This document shows positions 62,436 to 64,000 of a DNA stretch of 64,000 nt, one piece after another. The stretch lies in contig NC_068999.1 of the NCBI RefSeq assembly GCF_001194135.2, positions 48,032,534-48,096,533 on the forward strand. Reading direction: 5' to 3'. The stretch comes from Octopus bimaculoides (lineage: Eukaryota). The notes below the pieces were generated by a model. The model worked only from the letters and a program-made list of their open reading frames with translations. It had not been told where the DNA came from and made no database searches. The position numbers and the translations under genes were made by a program. The number at the start of each line of letters is the position of its first letter. The stretch's first letter is position 1.

Positions 62436-62689
62436 CTAAAAGATAACAAACTGGAATGCCTGCATCTCAGGCCGTCTAATTTATTGCCTATCTGACTAAG
62501 ACAAATAAGTTCGAATCGAGTTACTTCCCCTGTTGTATTTTCAGAGGCAACACAATTTGTTAAAAAGATAGCAGTAAGTACTTTGACCTTCAGCTGTACG
62601 AGTTTATGGGGTACCCGTGTTTAGTGTTTAGCAGTGTGGTGTTCATTGCGGTGACTTTTTTTATTCAATTACATGAATGTATTGCAGCT

Positions 62690-62770
<81 letters not shown>

Positions 62771-62774
62771 NNNN

Positions 62775-62945
62775 NNNNNNATGGGAGAATATACAAAAAA
62801 TAACAACAGACGAGGACAGGTGGTGTAAATAACAAAAGTATATATTAGTATGACGCTCGGGAATACGGAAAGTCTTTGACGTTTCGAGCTACGCTCTTCA
62901 ACAGAAAGAATACGGAGACAAGGAGAAAAACACGGAGAAAAAAAA
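62775..62945 (-). mobile_element. Possible Penelope-like terminal repeat fragment
   Basis: ttgaagagcgtagctcgaaacgtc motif typical of PLE termini as recalled. Confidence 0.4.
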
Positions 62946-62979
62946 TTGAATAGTGTTCAGTCAACGGTCAATCATAATA

Positions 62980-63350
62980 ATGCTTAACTGGTACTTATTT
63001 CATCGACCCTTAAAGGATGAAAGGCAAAATCGACCTCGGTAGAATTTGAACTCAGAACATAAAGATGGACGCAGGTGGTAAATCGACTACACCGACCTCA
63101 GTACTCAAATGGTACTTATTTTATCGACCCCGAAAATAACAATAACAATGGTTTCGTATTTTCGCACCAGACCACTAACTTCAAGGGAGGAGTCGATTAC
63201 ATTGACTCCCAGAGATCAACTAGTACTTATTTTATTGATCTCGAGAGGATGACAGGCAAAGTTGACCTCGGCGGAATTTGAACTTAGAACACGAAGACAG
63301 ATAAAATGCCGCTAAGCCCGGCGTGCTCACGATTCTGTGAGCTCGACAAC
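62980..63350 (-). mobile_element. Cluster of partial SINE family A copies
   Basis: Repeated ggtacttatt..atcgacc..gaaaggatgaaaggcaaa..gacctcgg segments. Confidence 0.7.
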
Positions 63351-63848
63351 ATTGCCAAAGAGAACAAGGGAGATAACTCCGTATTCAAGGTTATCTCCCT
63401 TCGAACGTTTTGTTTCATGTTATGCCACCAAGTTAAATTTTAAATTTTCATTTACAAACTTTTTTAATTATATATGCAACAAATTGCTTGTTTGTCTGGC
63501 CACAAGAGCAATGGCTTGAAAGAACATTATAGTTATGACTTTTAACAATGAGATAGGCCGTTCATTTTGGGTCGATTTAATGAATTCCATTGCTTAACAG
63601 GTAATTAATAAAATAATTAACTAAGCGTAAGTGATTGCACCACTGAAATCCCCAGATCTTTTGTCACAGTTTTTCAATTCTTTTAATCTGGTTCTAATTG
63701 TTTTAAAATTTGGTGTACTAGTGTAGTTTTGTATGCTGATTATAGAAAGGAAATTCATTTTTGCAATAAATTAATAAATAAAAAGTTAACAGCTTTGTAA
63801 ATTTTGGGGAACTTCAGCCAATTGAAAGTCACAGACATATTAGTATTG

Positions 63849-63862
63849 GTTTCCATAGTAAC
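63849..63862. promoter_or_regulatory. RFX X-box GTTTCCATAGTAAC
   Basis: Full match to GTYNCY-AT-RGNAAC consensus, followed by caag|gtatgg donor-like site at 63871. Confidence 0.55.
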
Positions 63863-64000
63863 AAGCCAAGGTATGGTCTGCTTAAAACTCCAACTTTTTG
63901 TATTGACTTTACCTGCCTGTTTTCTAAATGTTTGTACGACCTTGTTTTTGTCATTCCCGCCTGTTTTTTGCTTTCCTTTTTTTTTTTTTTTTTTTTTTTT

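Overview
AT-rich, repeat-dense, gapped (12 N-runs) eukaryotic genomic DNA. The SINE/RTE/microsatellite landscape looks like an octopus (coleoid cephalopod) draft assembly; the species is an inference. Five spliced genes were rebuilt by hand, with GT-AG introns whose phases match across junctions. (1) The last 15 coding exons of an axonemal dynein heavy chain of the DNAH6/DNAH14 group (+, 754-14117). (2) A complete SPRYD7 (+, 17851-22465, 196 aa). (3) The first coding exon of a CMC4-like twin-CX9C protein (+, 30367-30433; the rest was not found). (4) EFHC2 (-, 44032-34158, 10 exons; first coding exon not found). (5) A TP53I3/PIG3-like quinone oxidoreductase (-, 62435-49006; one internal exon missing, probably in a gap). 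Best lead: this PIG3 appears to carry an extra 5' exon encoding a signal-peptide-like leader and ends in KTEL*, which predicts an ER-resident form of a normally cytosolic enzyme. Other leads: a type I hammerhead-ribozyme-like motif (60157-60203), RFX X-box motifs (29053, 63849), a 58/60-bp intronic hairpin, a LINE nested in a LINE with a visible TSD, and a Penelope-like RT fragment in frame with an EFHC2 exon. No CRISPR array, rRNA or true tRNA gene was seen. Protein and repeat family names come from recalled family sequences, not database searches.
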